Both the position numbers and the translations under genes were made by a program. The notes under the pieces were generated by a model. That model did no database searches, was not told the DNA's origin, and saw only the letters and a list, made by a program, of their open reading frames with translations. Shown here piece after piece: positions 27,275 to 35,784 of a stretch of DNA of 64,000 nucleotides (position 1 is the first letter of the stretch; each line of letters begins with the position of its first letter). The stretch lies in the sequence record OR258281.1, one strand, 5' to 3'.

Positions 27275-27742
27275 ATGACGAGGCGGCAAGAAAAAATCGG
27301 ATTTCCTAAGAGAGCAAGGCTTGAGGGATGGGGAGTACTGGTTACTAAAAGTACCGATACGAACTTCAGTTTTACTGGCAAGCCAAGCGAAAAATATAAG
27401 CCCATATTACACGGTGAACCAATGTCTAAAATTCTTCGTTCAGGTATCATGAATCAGATCAACGAACTCAAAACCCTCTCCTTAGACGCGGTTTTGATGC
27501 AATTAGTTCCAGCGATGTTGGTTAAATCCATTCAAGTTTCTCTTGAATGTGCAGAAGAAATTGTCGAGCATTTTCCAGAAGTTTCATTAGTCCGTGTTGA
27601 AAAGATTCATGCATCTATGAGTACTCTGATCAATTGTGTAAAAGAGTACCGTAATACCCTCGGAAGTACTTATACTAAGTTGAATACCAAGAAGGAAATC
27701 AACTGGCAGTCATTTATTGTATTTCCAGTGGTGGTACATTAA
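27275..27742 (+). CDS. hypothetical protein (start uncertain, possibly 27422)
   Basis: ORF track. Confidence 0.5.
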   Translation: MTRRQEKIGFPKRARLEGWGVLVTKSTDTNFSFTGKPSEKYKPILHGEPMSKILRSGIMNQINELKTLSLDAVLMQLVPAMLVKSIQVSLECAEEIVEHFPEVSLVRVEKIHASMSTLINCVKEYRNTLGSTYTKLNTKKEINWQSFIVFPVVVH

Positions 27743-27930
27743 TGATAGTTGAAGTGGACGTATTTGAAGTACAATTAGTAGATCGCATAACAAAAAAAGT
27801 AATAAAAACATATGATGCTGGGATGGATTACGACAAGGCTTTGCAAATACAAGACCAATGGAATTTGGCATATGTTAACGGTACGAACTATACAAAAATA
27901 GAAACGTACTATGATGAAATCGAAGAATAA
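27742..27930 (+). CDS. hypothetical protein
   Basis: Coupled start; terminator follows. Confidence 0.55.
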   Translation: MIVEVDVFEVQLVDRITKKVIKTYDAGMDYDKALQIQDQWNLAYVNGTNYTKIETYYDEIEE

Positions 27931-27935
27931 ACACT

Positions 27936-27957
27936 AACCCGCTCCGGCGGGTTTTTT
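27936..27957 (+). terminator. intrinsic terminator
   Basis: AACCCGC-TCCG-GCGGGTT plus T tract. Confidence 0.8.
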
Positions 27958-27967
27958 AATGCTTTAA

Positions 27968-28209
27968 GATTATATTAGGATGTGGGCTTAGAGGCAGCCA
28001 TCATTTAAAGAGTTTCGAGAACTACGGTACTACCAGAAAAACCTTATAGTACGGTTAGACTTATAAGTTCAGGGATTAATAATTAAAAGTTTGTTTTGCA
28101 TAGGATTCGATCCTGGCAGAATTAAGTACACGAACTGAGAGGGAAAGGGAGTGTATAATGCTTTTAGTTGCCCTTAGAGAATTTGGCGTGACAGCACACT
28201 ATTATAATC
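27968..28209 (+). ncRNA. 23S rRNA L11-binding domain (helices 43/44) mimic with a 172-nt insert
   Basis: AGGATGTGGGCTTAGAGGCAGCCATCATTTAAAGAGT..GCGTGACAGCACACT matches the 23S nt 1054-1105 sequence as I recall it; closed by a GATTATA/TATAATC stem. Confidence 0.8.
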
Positions 28210-28239
28210 TTCTTAATTTGAACAATAAAAGGAAATGTA

Positions 28240-28743
28240 ATGTATGAACTAAAACAAAGACTAGATAAGCTGGAATATCTTAAGTTCTACTATGCACAAA
28301 CCAGAGAACCTATTTTTGATACACTTGAGTTCTTTGGTGAACTGGATTTATTAGGTATCGAGTATGAAGTACTTAAGGACTTGTTCAGTACTGAACAGGA
28401 ACTTTATAAGTTATCGGAATCCCTCTATTTTGAAGGTTCTAACTTAATAGACTTACTCAAAGGTACAGGTACTGTATATCATAACGGTCTTGATGTTACA
28501 TTCTCAAGAACTGAAGACCTGTTTTATATGTATCGTGATAGTTCATCTGACGTACTTTACTACTACGAAGCACAATCAGTTATGGAAGAAGTTTTAGATT
28601 ATAGTACCTGTGATTTTAACGAAATCATTTATTTTTACAAAATAGTCAAACCTCTTTCTGAATTTAATCAAAGTACCGATAAAACTGAAGTAACACGTTC
28701 CTTTATTTCTTTTCTGTTAAAGAATAATACAAGGACATATTAA
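28240..28743 (+). CDS. hypothetical protein
   Basis: AAGGA SD; 167 aa. Confidence 0.65.
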   Translation: MYELKQRLDKLEYLKFYYAQTREPIFDTLEFFGELDLLGIEYEVLKDLFSTEQELYKLSESLYFEGSNLIDLLKGTGTVYHNGLDVTFSRTEDLFYMYRDSSSDVLYYYEAQSVMEEVLDYSTCDFNEIIYFYKIVKPLSEFNQSTDKTEVTRSFISFLLKNNTRTY

Positions 28744-28761
28744 TTAAAAAAGGAGCAGTAA

Positions 28762-29034
28762 ATGATCTATGTAATTGCATGGTTAGTAATTGGTTTTACC
28801 TGTAGTATGTTAGTACAGAGTTATATGACTAACGAATATCTTCAGTTCACACTTGATGAATTACTTGAAGAAAATCGTATTTCCAAACAGACCTATGATG
28901 CAGTAGAACTAAGTAAACTAAAAGTTGCTTTCAGTATCGTAGTAATTCTGTATGGTGTCTTTGGTGTTCTGGAATACTATAATACCAAACGCCGCTTTAA
29001 CAAAATGCTTGACGCAAAGCAGAAAAAAGTCTAA
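28762..29034 (+). CDS. membrane protein
   Basis: GGAG SD; two hydrophobic helices. Confidence 0.65.
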   Translation: MIYVIAWLVIGFTCSMLVQSYMTNEYLQFTLDELLEENRISKQTYDAVELSKLKVAFSIVVILYGVFGVLEYYNTKRRFNKMLDAKQKKV

Positions 29035-29037
29035 GAT
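29009..29037 (+). promoter_or_regulatory. sigma70-type promoter
   Basis: TTGACG-N17-TAAGAT. Confidence 0.5.
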
Positions 29038-29086
29038 TTAAGTCCTTGTGCACCATCCTTAATTGTGAAATCAAAAGGAATACTTA

Positions 29087-29647
29087 ATGAAAGCTCTGGT
29101 ACTTGCTAGTTACGCAGAAGATGAAGAATCACGTTCATCATATGAAGAATGTACTATTATCGGTTATGACCGTGATAAGTACTGTGATTACAAAACACCA
29201 GACTTTGATAGTATTCAAAGTACTAAAGCTGGACATTTCCGTAACCTGGATATGTCCTTCATCAATCCCCGCCAATTTGCTTCATTACCGATTACCCGTA
29301 CTGATTCAGCAGGTCTTACGTACTATATTCGCCGCACTAAGCGTGATGTACAGAAAGAAATCAAAGAGAAGTATAAAAGTAAGACACAGTATCTTGTGTA
29401 TATTGGTGACGGTACTAACAATCCATATTCTAATATGTCATACGACTATAGGTTAACAGTACCAACGTTTGACAAAGCTGTAAAGTACTTTCATAGATAT
29501 ACTCATGTTGATATCATGCAGACTGTTGAAGATAAACGTGGTTACAGTAATAACCAAGTACTTCACAAAGATCCTAAAGATGAATATTACTGCGTTGATT
29601 CTTCTGGTAAGAGTGTAATTTCAAGTAAACGGTTGAATAAGGTATGA
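29087..29647 (+). CDS. hypothetical protein
   Basis: AAGGA SD; 186 aa. Confidence 0.65.
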   Translation: MKALVLASYAEDEESRSSYEECTIIGYDRDKYCDYKTPDFDSIQSTKAGHFRNLDMSFINPRQFASLPITRTDSAGLTYYIRRTKRDVQKEIKEKYKSKTQYLVYIGDGTNNPYSNMSYDYRLTVPTFDKAVKYFHRYTHVDIMQTVEDKRGYSNNQVLHKDPKDEYYCVDSSGKSVISSKRLNKV

Positions 29648-30186
29648 TTAGTACTAAAGAACTGATCAAAATGTTAAATACAGGCTCTGATAAAATCTCA
29701 GTCTATACGCATTATCAAAATAATACCAAAAAATCAGCAAGACTTGTTGAAAAGATAATTAATATACATGAAAACAAAGGTATTGCACCCTATACGTCAC
29801 TCACAAAATTAATAGATTTCTTGAGAAAGGAATATCATAAATCATTAAAGTATCTACCGTACTTCACTGATTCCAGAGAGTACGAACTCTCACTGAGTAT
29901 TCAGAGAGGCCATGCTAAGTATCGTATTACCAATAAAGTAGTACAGGTTTATACTATAGATTGTGATGGTGATGAGGAATATATCTTTAACAGTACTGAT
30001 GGTATGAGTAATGAAGATTTTTTTAATCTCAGTCTAAGTACTCATGTATGTGATGTGGTACTTGATGAAAACGTTAAACAGATTCGTAAAGTACTGAAAA
30101 GTAAAAAGCGTAAAGCAGCATATGTTTATAGTTATCATAACCACAATATTAACTACCAATATAGACTTAAGAGAAAGAAAGCATGA
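29644..30186 (+). CDS. DEFFN-motif family protein
   Basis: NEDFFNLSLSTHVCDVVL. Confidence 0.65.
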   Translation: MISTKELIKMLNTGSDKISVYTHYQNNTKKSARLVEKIINIHENKGIAPYTSLTKLIDFLRKEYHKSLKYLPYFTDSREYELSLSIQRGHAKYRITNKVVQVYTIDCDGDEEYIFNSTDGMSNEDFFNLSLSTHVCDVVLDENVKQIRKVLKSKKRKAAYVYSYHNHNINYQYRLKRKKA

Positions 30187-30683
30187 ATGCTCAAGATGTA
30201 CTTCATCTTTTGAAGAATCATAAAAAACATTTTTATTATGCTTACACCAAAAAAACACAAACTACTAAGTCCAACAAATATCTCAAAAAAGCCAAAGCTA
30301 AGAACTTTGGATCAGTAAGAGCAAAGTACTTCAAAAAAGCAAGAGAAGCAATCCGTGTTATGCCTTATCATAGTCGTTCTGATGAATTTACTGTTTCAAT
30401 TCAGTTAATGATAGATATGTACAACTATCTTCAAATAAGTATCAGTAATTCAGAAGTTCATTTATACGTGTTTAATGTGCGTATGCCTGAACCGATTGAT
30501 TTATATTACGGGAAGACGGGTTTAGAACGAGACGATTTTTTCAGTATTAGTTTGACTTACAATATTCCTCAATTGGTACTAAGTACCGAAATTGCTAAAC
30601 TTCGCCGGGACTTTCCAAAAAAGCTGCGTCAGAAATATTTTCAGATGAATAATGGAACCGTGAAAAAATTTGAAACGTTTTAA
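30183..30683 (+). CDS. DEFFN-motif family protein
   Basis: RDDFFSISLTYNIPQLVL. Confidence 0.65.
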   Translation: MNAQDVLHLLKNHKKHFYYAYTKKTQTTKSNKYLKKAKAKNFGSVRAKYFKKAREAIRVMPYHSRSDEFTVSIQLMIDMYNYLQISISNSEVHLYVFNVRMPEPIDLYYGKTGLERDDFFSISLTYNIPQLVLSTEIAKLRRDFPKKLRQKYFQMNNGTVKKFETF

Positions 30684-30699
30684 AAATGTGTCCTATACT
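30671..30699 (+). promoter_or_regulatory. phage-type promoter TGAAAC-N17-TATACT (copy 4)
   Basis: Identical spacing to the other copies. Confidence 0.75.
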
Positions 30700-30710
30700 A
30701 TAGGTGTATA

Positions 30711-31268
30711 ATGATTGATGCTAATAAGGTTTTCAGATCTCTCTATAAAATTAGATTCACCGATATGATAAATCGGTATAGAGCCGGATGTGTAAAAGAA
30801 GTTGATAAATTAAGAAAACACAGGATCTTGAATAGTAAGATTAATAATCGTTTGCTTTCAGGAATCAAGTTCTATTACAAGTTCTTTAATAAGTTATCTA
30901 ACAAGAGTCTAGCACCTGTAGTAGTGGATGATAGAAAATTTTGTATTGACATTTACCAGAATTATTCTCCAAATTCTTATAATAAAAATTTAACCTTAAT
31001 CAGTATTACTGAATCCAGGGTTTACCTTGAAGTCCTTCATGAAGTAATAGTTTCATGTGCTGATGGACTTGATGATGATGAAATGTTTAATGCAAAATTA
31101 AGATGTGATGTACCTGATATTGTCAGTAAAGCTGAAGTACTTAAGCTTCGTAAATTGATTAAAGACAATAAAAAATATCAGTGCAAAAAGTACTTGCTTT
31201 ATTTTGATAATGACGATAATCAAGTAATTCCGTACTTTACGCGGATGAGCCGTTTGTCTAAGATTTAA
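30711..31268 (+). CDS. DEFFN-motif family protein
   Basis: DDEMFNAKLRCDVPDIVSK. Confidence 0.65.
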   Translation: MIDANKVFRSLYKIRFTDMINRYRAGCVKEVDKLRKHRILNSKINNRLLSGIKFYYKFFNKLSNKSLAPVVVDDRKFCIDIYQNYSPNSYNKNLTLISITESRVYLEVLHEVIVSCADGLDDDEMFNAKLRCDVPDIVSKAEVLKLRKLIKDNKKYQCKKYLLYFDNDDNQVIPYFTRMSRLSKI

Positions 31269-31283
31269 AAAGATTTTGTAGCA

Positions 31284-31312
31284 TTGACTTTTAGGATAAA
31301 AGCTACTAAACT
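31284..31312 (+). promoter_or_regulatory. sigma70-type promoter
   Basis: TTGACT-N17-TAAACT. Confidence 0.55.
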
Positions 31313-31360
31313 TAACATTGAAATTGTAGTGTTTTCAACGAACTTTGAGAGGATGATTCG

Positions 31361-31555
31361 ATGAAAAACGAACCTAAATGGCGTAAAATTTTAAGTTACG
31401 ATTCAAGAACTAACTCTTTGGATATTGAAAAAGAAATCCAACTCGCAATTGAAGAAGGAAGAGTGTTCTTTATTGAGGCTGAACTCACTGAAGATCATGT
31501 ACTTGAAATGGTGGAAGAAGCTGCCATGATACATCAGAATATAACATTACATTAA
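31361..31555 (+). CDS. hypothetical protein
   Basis: GAGGA SD. Confidence 0.6.
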   Translation: MKNEPKWRKILSYDSRTNSLDIEKEIQLAIEEGRVFFIEAELTEDHVLEMVEEAAMIHQNITLH

Positions 31556-31561
31556 TTTAAA

Positions 31562-31690
31562 CGGGATTAATAATTCAGGGTTTTACCTGTTAGGTAAAAT
31601 TGTCTAAGGAGTGTGCATAGACACTCTCTGAAGAATAGACTATGTATCCCGATATATACTGAGTACTTTGATATTATATTGAAGTACTCA
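31562..31690 (+). ncRNA. candidate structured RNA upstream of tRNA(CAT)
   Basis: CGGGAT/ATCCCG closing stem, TTTTACCT/AGGTAAAA and GTCTA/TAGAC arms, TGAGTACTT/AAGTACTCA hairpin. Confidence 0.4.
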
Positions 31691-31705
31691 ACCAAAGTAA
31701 TTTGG

Positions 31706-31797
31706 GGGCCAGTTGGCTAGTGGCCGAAGCCGCTCGACTCATAATCGATTACAGTTAACCAGACACATCACAGGTTCGAATCCTGTCTGGCCCACCA
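31706..31797 (+). tRNA. tRNA with CAT anticodon (Met or Ile2) and a 20-nt extra arm
   Basis: GGGCCAG/CTGGCCC acceptor, CT-CAT-AA loop, TTCGAAT T-loop, ACCA end. Confidence 0.85.
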
Positions 31798-31884
31798 AAT
31801 TACTTTTTATTTGTCAATAATTCATTTTCTTAGACCGTATTCTAGATAAGGAACTATTTACAAGAAAATAATATAGGTACTCCA

Positions 31885-32136
31885 ATGAACTACAATGAAA
31901 TTAAAAAGTGGTGGGATGAATCAAAGTTGTTAAATGCCAATGTAGTACTTAGGATTGGTGATCGTGTAATTAACGATAAAGGTAATTGTGGTGTTGTTGT
32001 TAAGATTTGTAAACCGGAAAGTACAGATGATCATGGTACTATCTACGTATGGCAAGAAGATTTAACCGATTACGGTTCAGACAATTGTGAACACTACTGC
32101 TATACAAATTGGCAATCTTTCCTTCGTTTAATATAA
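31885..32136 (+). CDS. hypothetical protein
   Basis: 83 aa. Confidence 0.6.
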   Translation: MNYNEIKKWWDESKLLNANVVLRIGDRVINDKGNCGVVVKICKPESTDDHGTIYVWQEDLTDYGSDNCEHYCYTNWQSFLRLI

Positions 32137-32152
32137 TAATAAAGAGAATCAA

Positions 32153-32293
32153 ATGAAGACACGCTATATTGTTTATTATATCCTTTTAGGTATTGCTGGA
32201 GTACTATTTGTAACTTCTGCTTTCGTGCTAACGCCATTTAACTACTTCTTGTTAATAGTAGGTTTTGTGGCTGCCTTAGTATGGTATGTATAA
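32153..32293 (+). CDS. small membrane protein
   Basis: Translated by hand: MKTRYIVYYILLGIAGVLFV.. Confidence 0.55.
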   Translation: MKTRYIVYYILLGIAGVLFVTSAFVLTPFNYFLLIVGFVAALVWYV

Positions 32294-32334
32294 AAGTACA
32301 ACATGAGAAGTTTATTTAAATCACAAGGAACTAA

Positions 32335-32511
32335 ATGAATATCATCAAATATATTTTAATGAGTATAGCAGGTGTATTGTTTGTAGGTTCTTTATTTTTT
32401 AGTTTCCCTGTTAGCAACTATATATTACTTGGTGGTTGGATTTCGTACATGGTCTCGTTGGTAATACATTACTACAAACAAAAGCCATTTCGTAAATTGA
32501 ATGATTTTTAA
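32335..32511 (+). CDS. small membrane protein (paralogue of the previous gene)
   Basis: Translated by hand: MNIIKYILMSIAGVLFV..; AAGGA SD. Confidence 0.55.
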   Translation: MNIIKYILMSIAGVLFVGSLFFSFPVSNYILLGGWISYMVSLVIHYYKQKPFRKLNDF

Positions 32512-32522
32512 GGTACTCCATA

Positions 32523-32828
32523 ATGATCAAATATGAAACTCTCCCTGTTAAAGTAGATGCACCATTCTTTTATAGCAGGAAGTTCATGAACAAAATGAAA
32601 TACGCGGTAGTTAAATTGTTTGAGAGTGTTGAGTTCGAACACGTTCCAAATAAAAAGCAAGGACCAGAATTAAAGAACTATCAGCGTGGTTTCTTTATTA
32701 AACGTTATAATGTTCATAAAATTTTCTTGGATTCAAGAACTACTTTTACTGAACGTAAAAAAGGTAAATGTTTTAATTTAGAAGACCATCCAAAAAGTGT
32801 AGTACTACGTTTTAAGGATAAGAGATAA
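32523..32828 (+). CDS. hypothetical basic protein
   Basis: 101 aa. Confidence 0.6.
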   Translation: MIKYETLPVKVDAPFFYSRKFMNKMKYAVVKLFESVEFEHVPNKKQGPELKNYQRGFFIKRYNVHKIFLDSRTTFTERKKGKCFNLEDHPKSVVLRFKDKR

Positions 32829-33052
32829 TGGTATTATTAGAAGAAAAAGCAATTGCTAAAATGAATTTCAAACGACTGAAAGAGTACCGTACATCAGTCA
32901 TTGCACATATCAGTAAATACTACGAAAGTACTGGTACTGATTGTCTGGACCTTAAACCGGTAGACCATGACAGTCAGGAATATAAGGATGCTAAGGCATT
33001 ACTTAAAACAGTTAATAAGTACTATGATGTACTTAAACTGAAAGATATGTAA
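32828..33052 (+). CDS. hypothetical protein
   Basis: Coupled start. Confidence 0.6.
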   Translation: MVLLEEKAIAKMNFKRLKEYRTSVIAHISKYYESTGTDCLDLKPVDHDSQEYKDAKALLKTVNKYYDVLKLKDM

Positions 33053-33071
33053 CATCTGAAAGCGTGACTGC

Positions 33072-33237
33072 AAGTAAGTGGATTGGTAAGGTTCCCGCTT
33101 CCGATGTGCTGGGGAATAGTTCAGTAGGATAACAACGGCTACTCCAATCGACTAGGGTCTGATCTACATTGGTAGGCTTCCTAACCGGACGTAGGGATTA
33201 GTCATCCCAGGGGCATTCGTCACTGCCCTACTTATTT
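33072..33237 (+). ncRNA. candidate multi-branched RNA abutting tRNA-Leu
   Basis: AAGTAAGTG/TACTTATTT closing stem enclosing four GC-rich arms. Confidence 0.5.
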
Positions 33238-33322
33238 GCGGGTATGGTGAAATTGGTAAACACAGGGGATTTAAAATCCCCCGCCGTATGGCTTGTCGGT
33301 TCAAGTCCGACTACCCGCACCA
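33238..33322 (+). tRNA. trnL: tRNA-Leu(TAA)
   Basis: GGGGA-TT-TAA-AA-TCCCC arm; long variable arm; CCA. Confidence 0.95.
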
Positions 33323-33336
33323 TTAATTAAAACAAC

Positions 33337-33412
33337 GCAGACGTAGTGTTAGCGGTTAGCACGGTTGGCTTCCACCCAATAAGCGAGAGTTCAAATCTCT
33401 CTGTCTGCTCCA
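33337..33412 (+). tRNA. trnG: tRNA-Gly(TCC)
   Basis: GTTGG-CT-TCC-AC-CCAAT arm; TCCA end. Confidence 0.95.
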
Positions 33413-33436
33413 TATTATTAACTAAGAGTACTAAAA

Positions 33437-33610
33437 ATGAAAACAGAAAAGATTCATATGATTTTATCATGGGTTACTATTGTACTGGTACTATTAAGTT
33501 TCTTTATCCCAGGTATTTTTACCATCGCGTTATGTTTAGGTTCTGTTCAATTCGGTATGTCCTTGTGTAAAGACGATACCATTCGTAATCTATTACATAT
33601 TAAAGACTAA
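33437..33610 (+). CDS. small membrane protein
   Basis: Translated by hand: MKTEKIHMILSWVTIVLVLLSFF.. Confidence 0.5.
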   Translation: MKTEKIHMILSWVTIVLVLLSFFIPGIFTIALCLGSVQFGMSLCKDDTIRNLLHIKD

Positions 33611-33611
33611 A

Positions 33612-33839
33612 ATGAAAATTTTATTTGAAGTACTAAAGCACTTAATTGTGCTTTTTTTGTGGGCTGGATTATGGTTGGGTTTAGTACATTATATTCCTGA
33701 TGAATTCGCTAAGATGCACCCAACGTGGAGTTTACTGATTGTGATGAGTACATTTCCCAATCTGTATATTGTGTACAGTGTACTTAAACCTTACAATAAA
33801 CTACTGGTTAAACATGAAAGTACTAAAAATTGTTTATAA
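33612..33839 (+). CDS. small membrane protein
   Basis: Two hydrophobic helices. Confidence 0.6.
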   Translation: MKILFEVLKHLIVLFLWAGLWLGLVHYIPDEFAKMHPTWSLLIVMSTFPNLYIVYSVLKPYNKLLVKHESTKNCL

Positions 33840-34029
33840 ATGGGTGACAATTGGTTTCCTGTACGCAACCATTTTAGCACTTGCACTGCAATTATTGCCT
33901 GATGATTTCTATGATAAACATGGTACTTTGTTCTTTATCATGTGCATGGTTACAATACAGGTAAGTATATACATTGTCGGAAGGTTCTTTGTAAAAAATG
34001 AAAAAACCAAGAAAGTTACGAATCAGTAA
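33814..34029 (+). CDS. small membrane protein (paralogue of the previous gene)
   Basis: IPDEFAKMH versus LPDDFYDKH similarity. Confidence 0.6.
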   Translation: MKVLKIVYKWVTIGFLYATILALALQLLPDDFYDKHGTLFFIMCMVTIQVSIYIVGRFFVKNEKTKKVTNQ

Positions 34030-34312
34030 TGCACTAAAGAGCAGGCTTCATACTTCAGTACTACAGGGTCGTCGTAGTACTGTGTATAAGATGATCGCAA
34101 AGAAATTGGACGGACAGGTACTATGTTATGTATGTGGTCGTTATGTGAAAGAACAACACGCGTCACTTGAACATATCATGCCGCTGTCACATGGTGGTAC
34201 TGATTCGATGGATAATCTGTGGATTTCTCATAATGCATGTAATTCCAGACGCGGAAATGATTTAGATTTTCCTTGTTCTGGTATTCCTGACGGTATAACT
34301 AAATTACAATAA
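33998..34312 (+). CDS. HNH endonuclease
   Basis: CYVC..LEHIMPLSHGG..NLWISHNACNSRRGN. Confidence 0.85.
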   Translation: MKKPRKLRISNALKSRLHTSVLQGRRSTVYKMIAKKLDGQVLCYVCGRYVKEQHASLEHIMPLSHGGTDSMDNLWISHNACNSRRGNDLDFPCSGIPDGITKLQ

Positions 34313-34322
34313 GGTACTCAAT

Positions 34323-34694
34323 ATGTTAGAATGGGTGTTATTAGGACTATTCATTTTTATAATTTTATTATTTTGCTATGCATCAGTTCAAGCCGGTAAT
34401 CTTGAAAGTTGGTATAAAGATCGTGAATATATCATCAAGAATGAACTAAAAGAATTAGGTATAAGTATTGAAGCTTATGTTAATTCTGATAAGAAAATAA
34501 CTTCAAAATTTGTACTGAAATACTTTGGCAAACTTAATGGTTCATATGGTAATCATTATACAAAACCAATGTATGTACATGAATTAGCATCATTATTACA
34601 AGATATGGAGAAAGCTAACTACTTGGATGTATTAATTCCAAATTTAGTTACAAAAGATCCAGTACCCGAAATTACTTTTAAGGTGAAGAAATGA
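34323..34694 (+). CDS. membrane-anchored protein
   Basis: N-terminal transmembrane helix. Confidence 0.65.
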   Translation: MLEWVLLGLFIFIILLFCYASVQAGNLESWYKDREYIIKNELKELGISIEAYVNSDKKITSKFVLKYFGKLNGSYGNHYTKPMYVHELASLLQDMEKANYLDVLIPNLVTKDPVPEITFKVKK

Positions 34695-35071
34695 GTTCAC
34701 TAGCTATTGTCGGAATTGTCATTACTGTAATTGCAGTATTAGTAATTCTATATTATGCAATTAAAAAACATTACCATTATTATACAACATATTATAGAGA
34801 GCGTAGTGGTATCATTGATAGTGAACTACGTAGTGTTGGAGTAAGACTACACTCTGATTACCACAATGGTTTGAAATTTGTAATAACTGGTACTGTTCCA
34901 GTTAACTGTAGTAAAGAGACCAAAACATTTAGTGCATACTTCGCGGGAAGAATTTTGTATCGTATGCAGAAAGATTACTACATGGCAGTACTTAAGCCTT
35001 ATTTCGAAGAAGAACTAATAAGGTTCAATAAAGAACAAATCAAAAATTCCTATAAGATTCATAAAGGTTGA
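34691..35071 (+). CDS. membrane-anchored protein
   Basis: N-terminal transmembrane helix; weakly similar to the previous ORF. Confidence 0.65.
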   Translation: MSSLAIVGIVITVIAVLVILYYAIKKHYHYYTTYYRERSGIIDSELRSVGVRLHSDYHNGLKFVITGTVPVNCSKETKTFSAYFAGRILYRMQKDYYMAVLKPYFEEELIRFNKEQIKNSYKIHKG

Positions 35072-35074
35072 TAT

Positions 35075-35347
35075 ATGTTTAGTGGTGCTAAGCTTTTTCA
35101 TATGAAAACTACACACGGTGTTCCACTGGATGTAACTTTACAGGTACTTAAAAGTAAAGGTATAACTGTAACATGGGATAAGTTTATCGATGAAGCCCGT
35201 ATCAACAAATGGTGGGATTTTCAGATTGTACAGTACTGTACTGATTCATTAGGTGATGCAGGTTATAGTACTGATGATATTTCTGAAATCATCCAGCGAA
35301 TGAAACTCTACATTCTTCAGAATGAACACCCAATGATGAAGAAATGA
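35075..35347 (+). CDS. stand-alone protein resembling a helical segment of alanyl-tRNA synthetase
   Basis: SGAKLFHMKTTHGVPLDVT..KGITVTWDKF resembles AlaRS G..AF.LYDTYGFPLDLT..G..VD..F. Confidence 0.5.
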   Translation: MFSGAKLFHMKTTHGVPLDVTLQVLKSKGITVTWDKFIDEARINKWWDFQIVQYCTDSLGDAGYSTDDISEIIQRMKLYILQNEHPMMKK

Positions 35348-35353
35348 TTTGCC

Positions 35354-35400
35354 AGCCCTCTTCTTAGATGTTAAGATGCATTTAAAGAGAGGGCTTTTTT
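35354..35400 (+). terminator. intrinsic terminator
   Basis: AGCCCTCT/AGAGGGCT plus T tract. Confidence 0.55.
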
Positions 35401-35784
35401 ATGCACACAAAAAAATATTATCACATCACTGATAGCAACAACGTGCAAAGCATTTTAAGCACAGGCATTCAGTGTAATAACAAAACTGCACATTCACCAT
35501 TTATGTCAAGTTCTGTTGCATTTGATAAGCATCAGGATTACACCGACCGAACTGGCGTACCGGATGTAGTATTCATCTGTGAAGATCCAGTACTGGCATT
35601 GGCTAAGATGGGTTCTTATACTCCAGTTTATCGTCTTTCTGTAATTGTAGTAGAACTACCAGAAGATGTAGTACTTAAACCTTCTTGGTGTTATGAATTT
35701 GAGTTATTACATTCAGGTACTATTGACCCGAAGTACATTGTCGATAGTCTTTATTATACCGATTTCGAAAGGGTAACAGCATAA
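35401..35784 (+). CDS. ADP-ribosyltransferase-fold / Tpt1-like protein
   Basis: YYHITDSNNVQSILSTGI motif, VVFIC strand and a late Glu. Confidence 0.45.
   Translation: MHTKKYYHITDSNNVQSILSTGIQCNNKTAHSPFMSSSVAFDKHQDYTDRTGVPDVVFICEDPVLALAKMGSYTPVYRLSVIVVELPEDVVLKPSWCYEFELLHSGTIDPKYIVDSLYYTDFERVTA

Noticed and set aside
27977-28200. Host rRNA operon or contamination
   Set aside because: Only about 52 nt match 23S, in two pieces separated by non-ribosomal sequence, closed by a non-ribosomal stem and flanked by phage genes.
32291-32338. Read-through of the TAA in ORF 32153 into a KYNMRSLFKSQGTK tail
   Set aside because: A single in-frame extension of 14 codons is expected by chance; no independent support.
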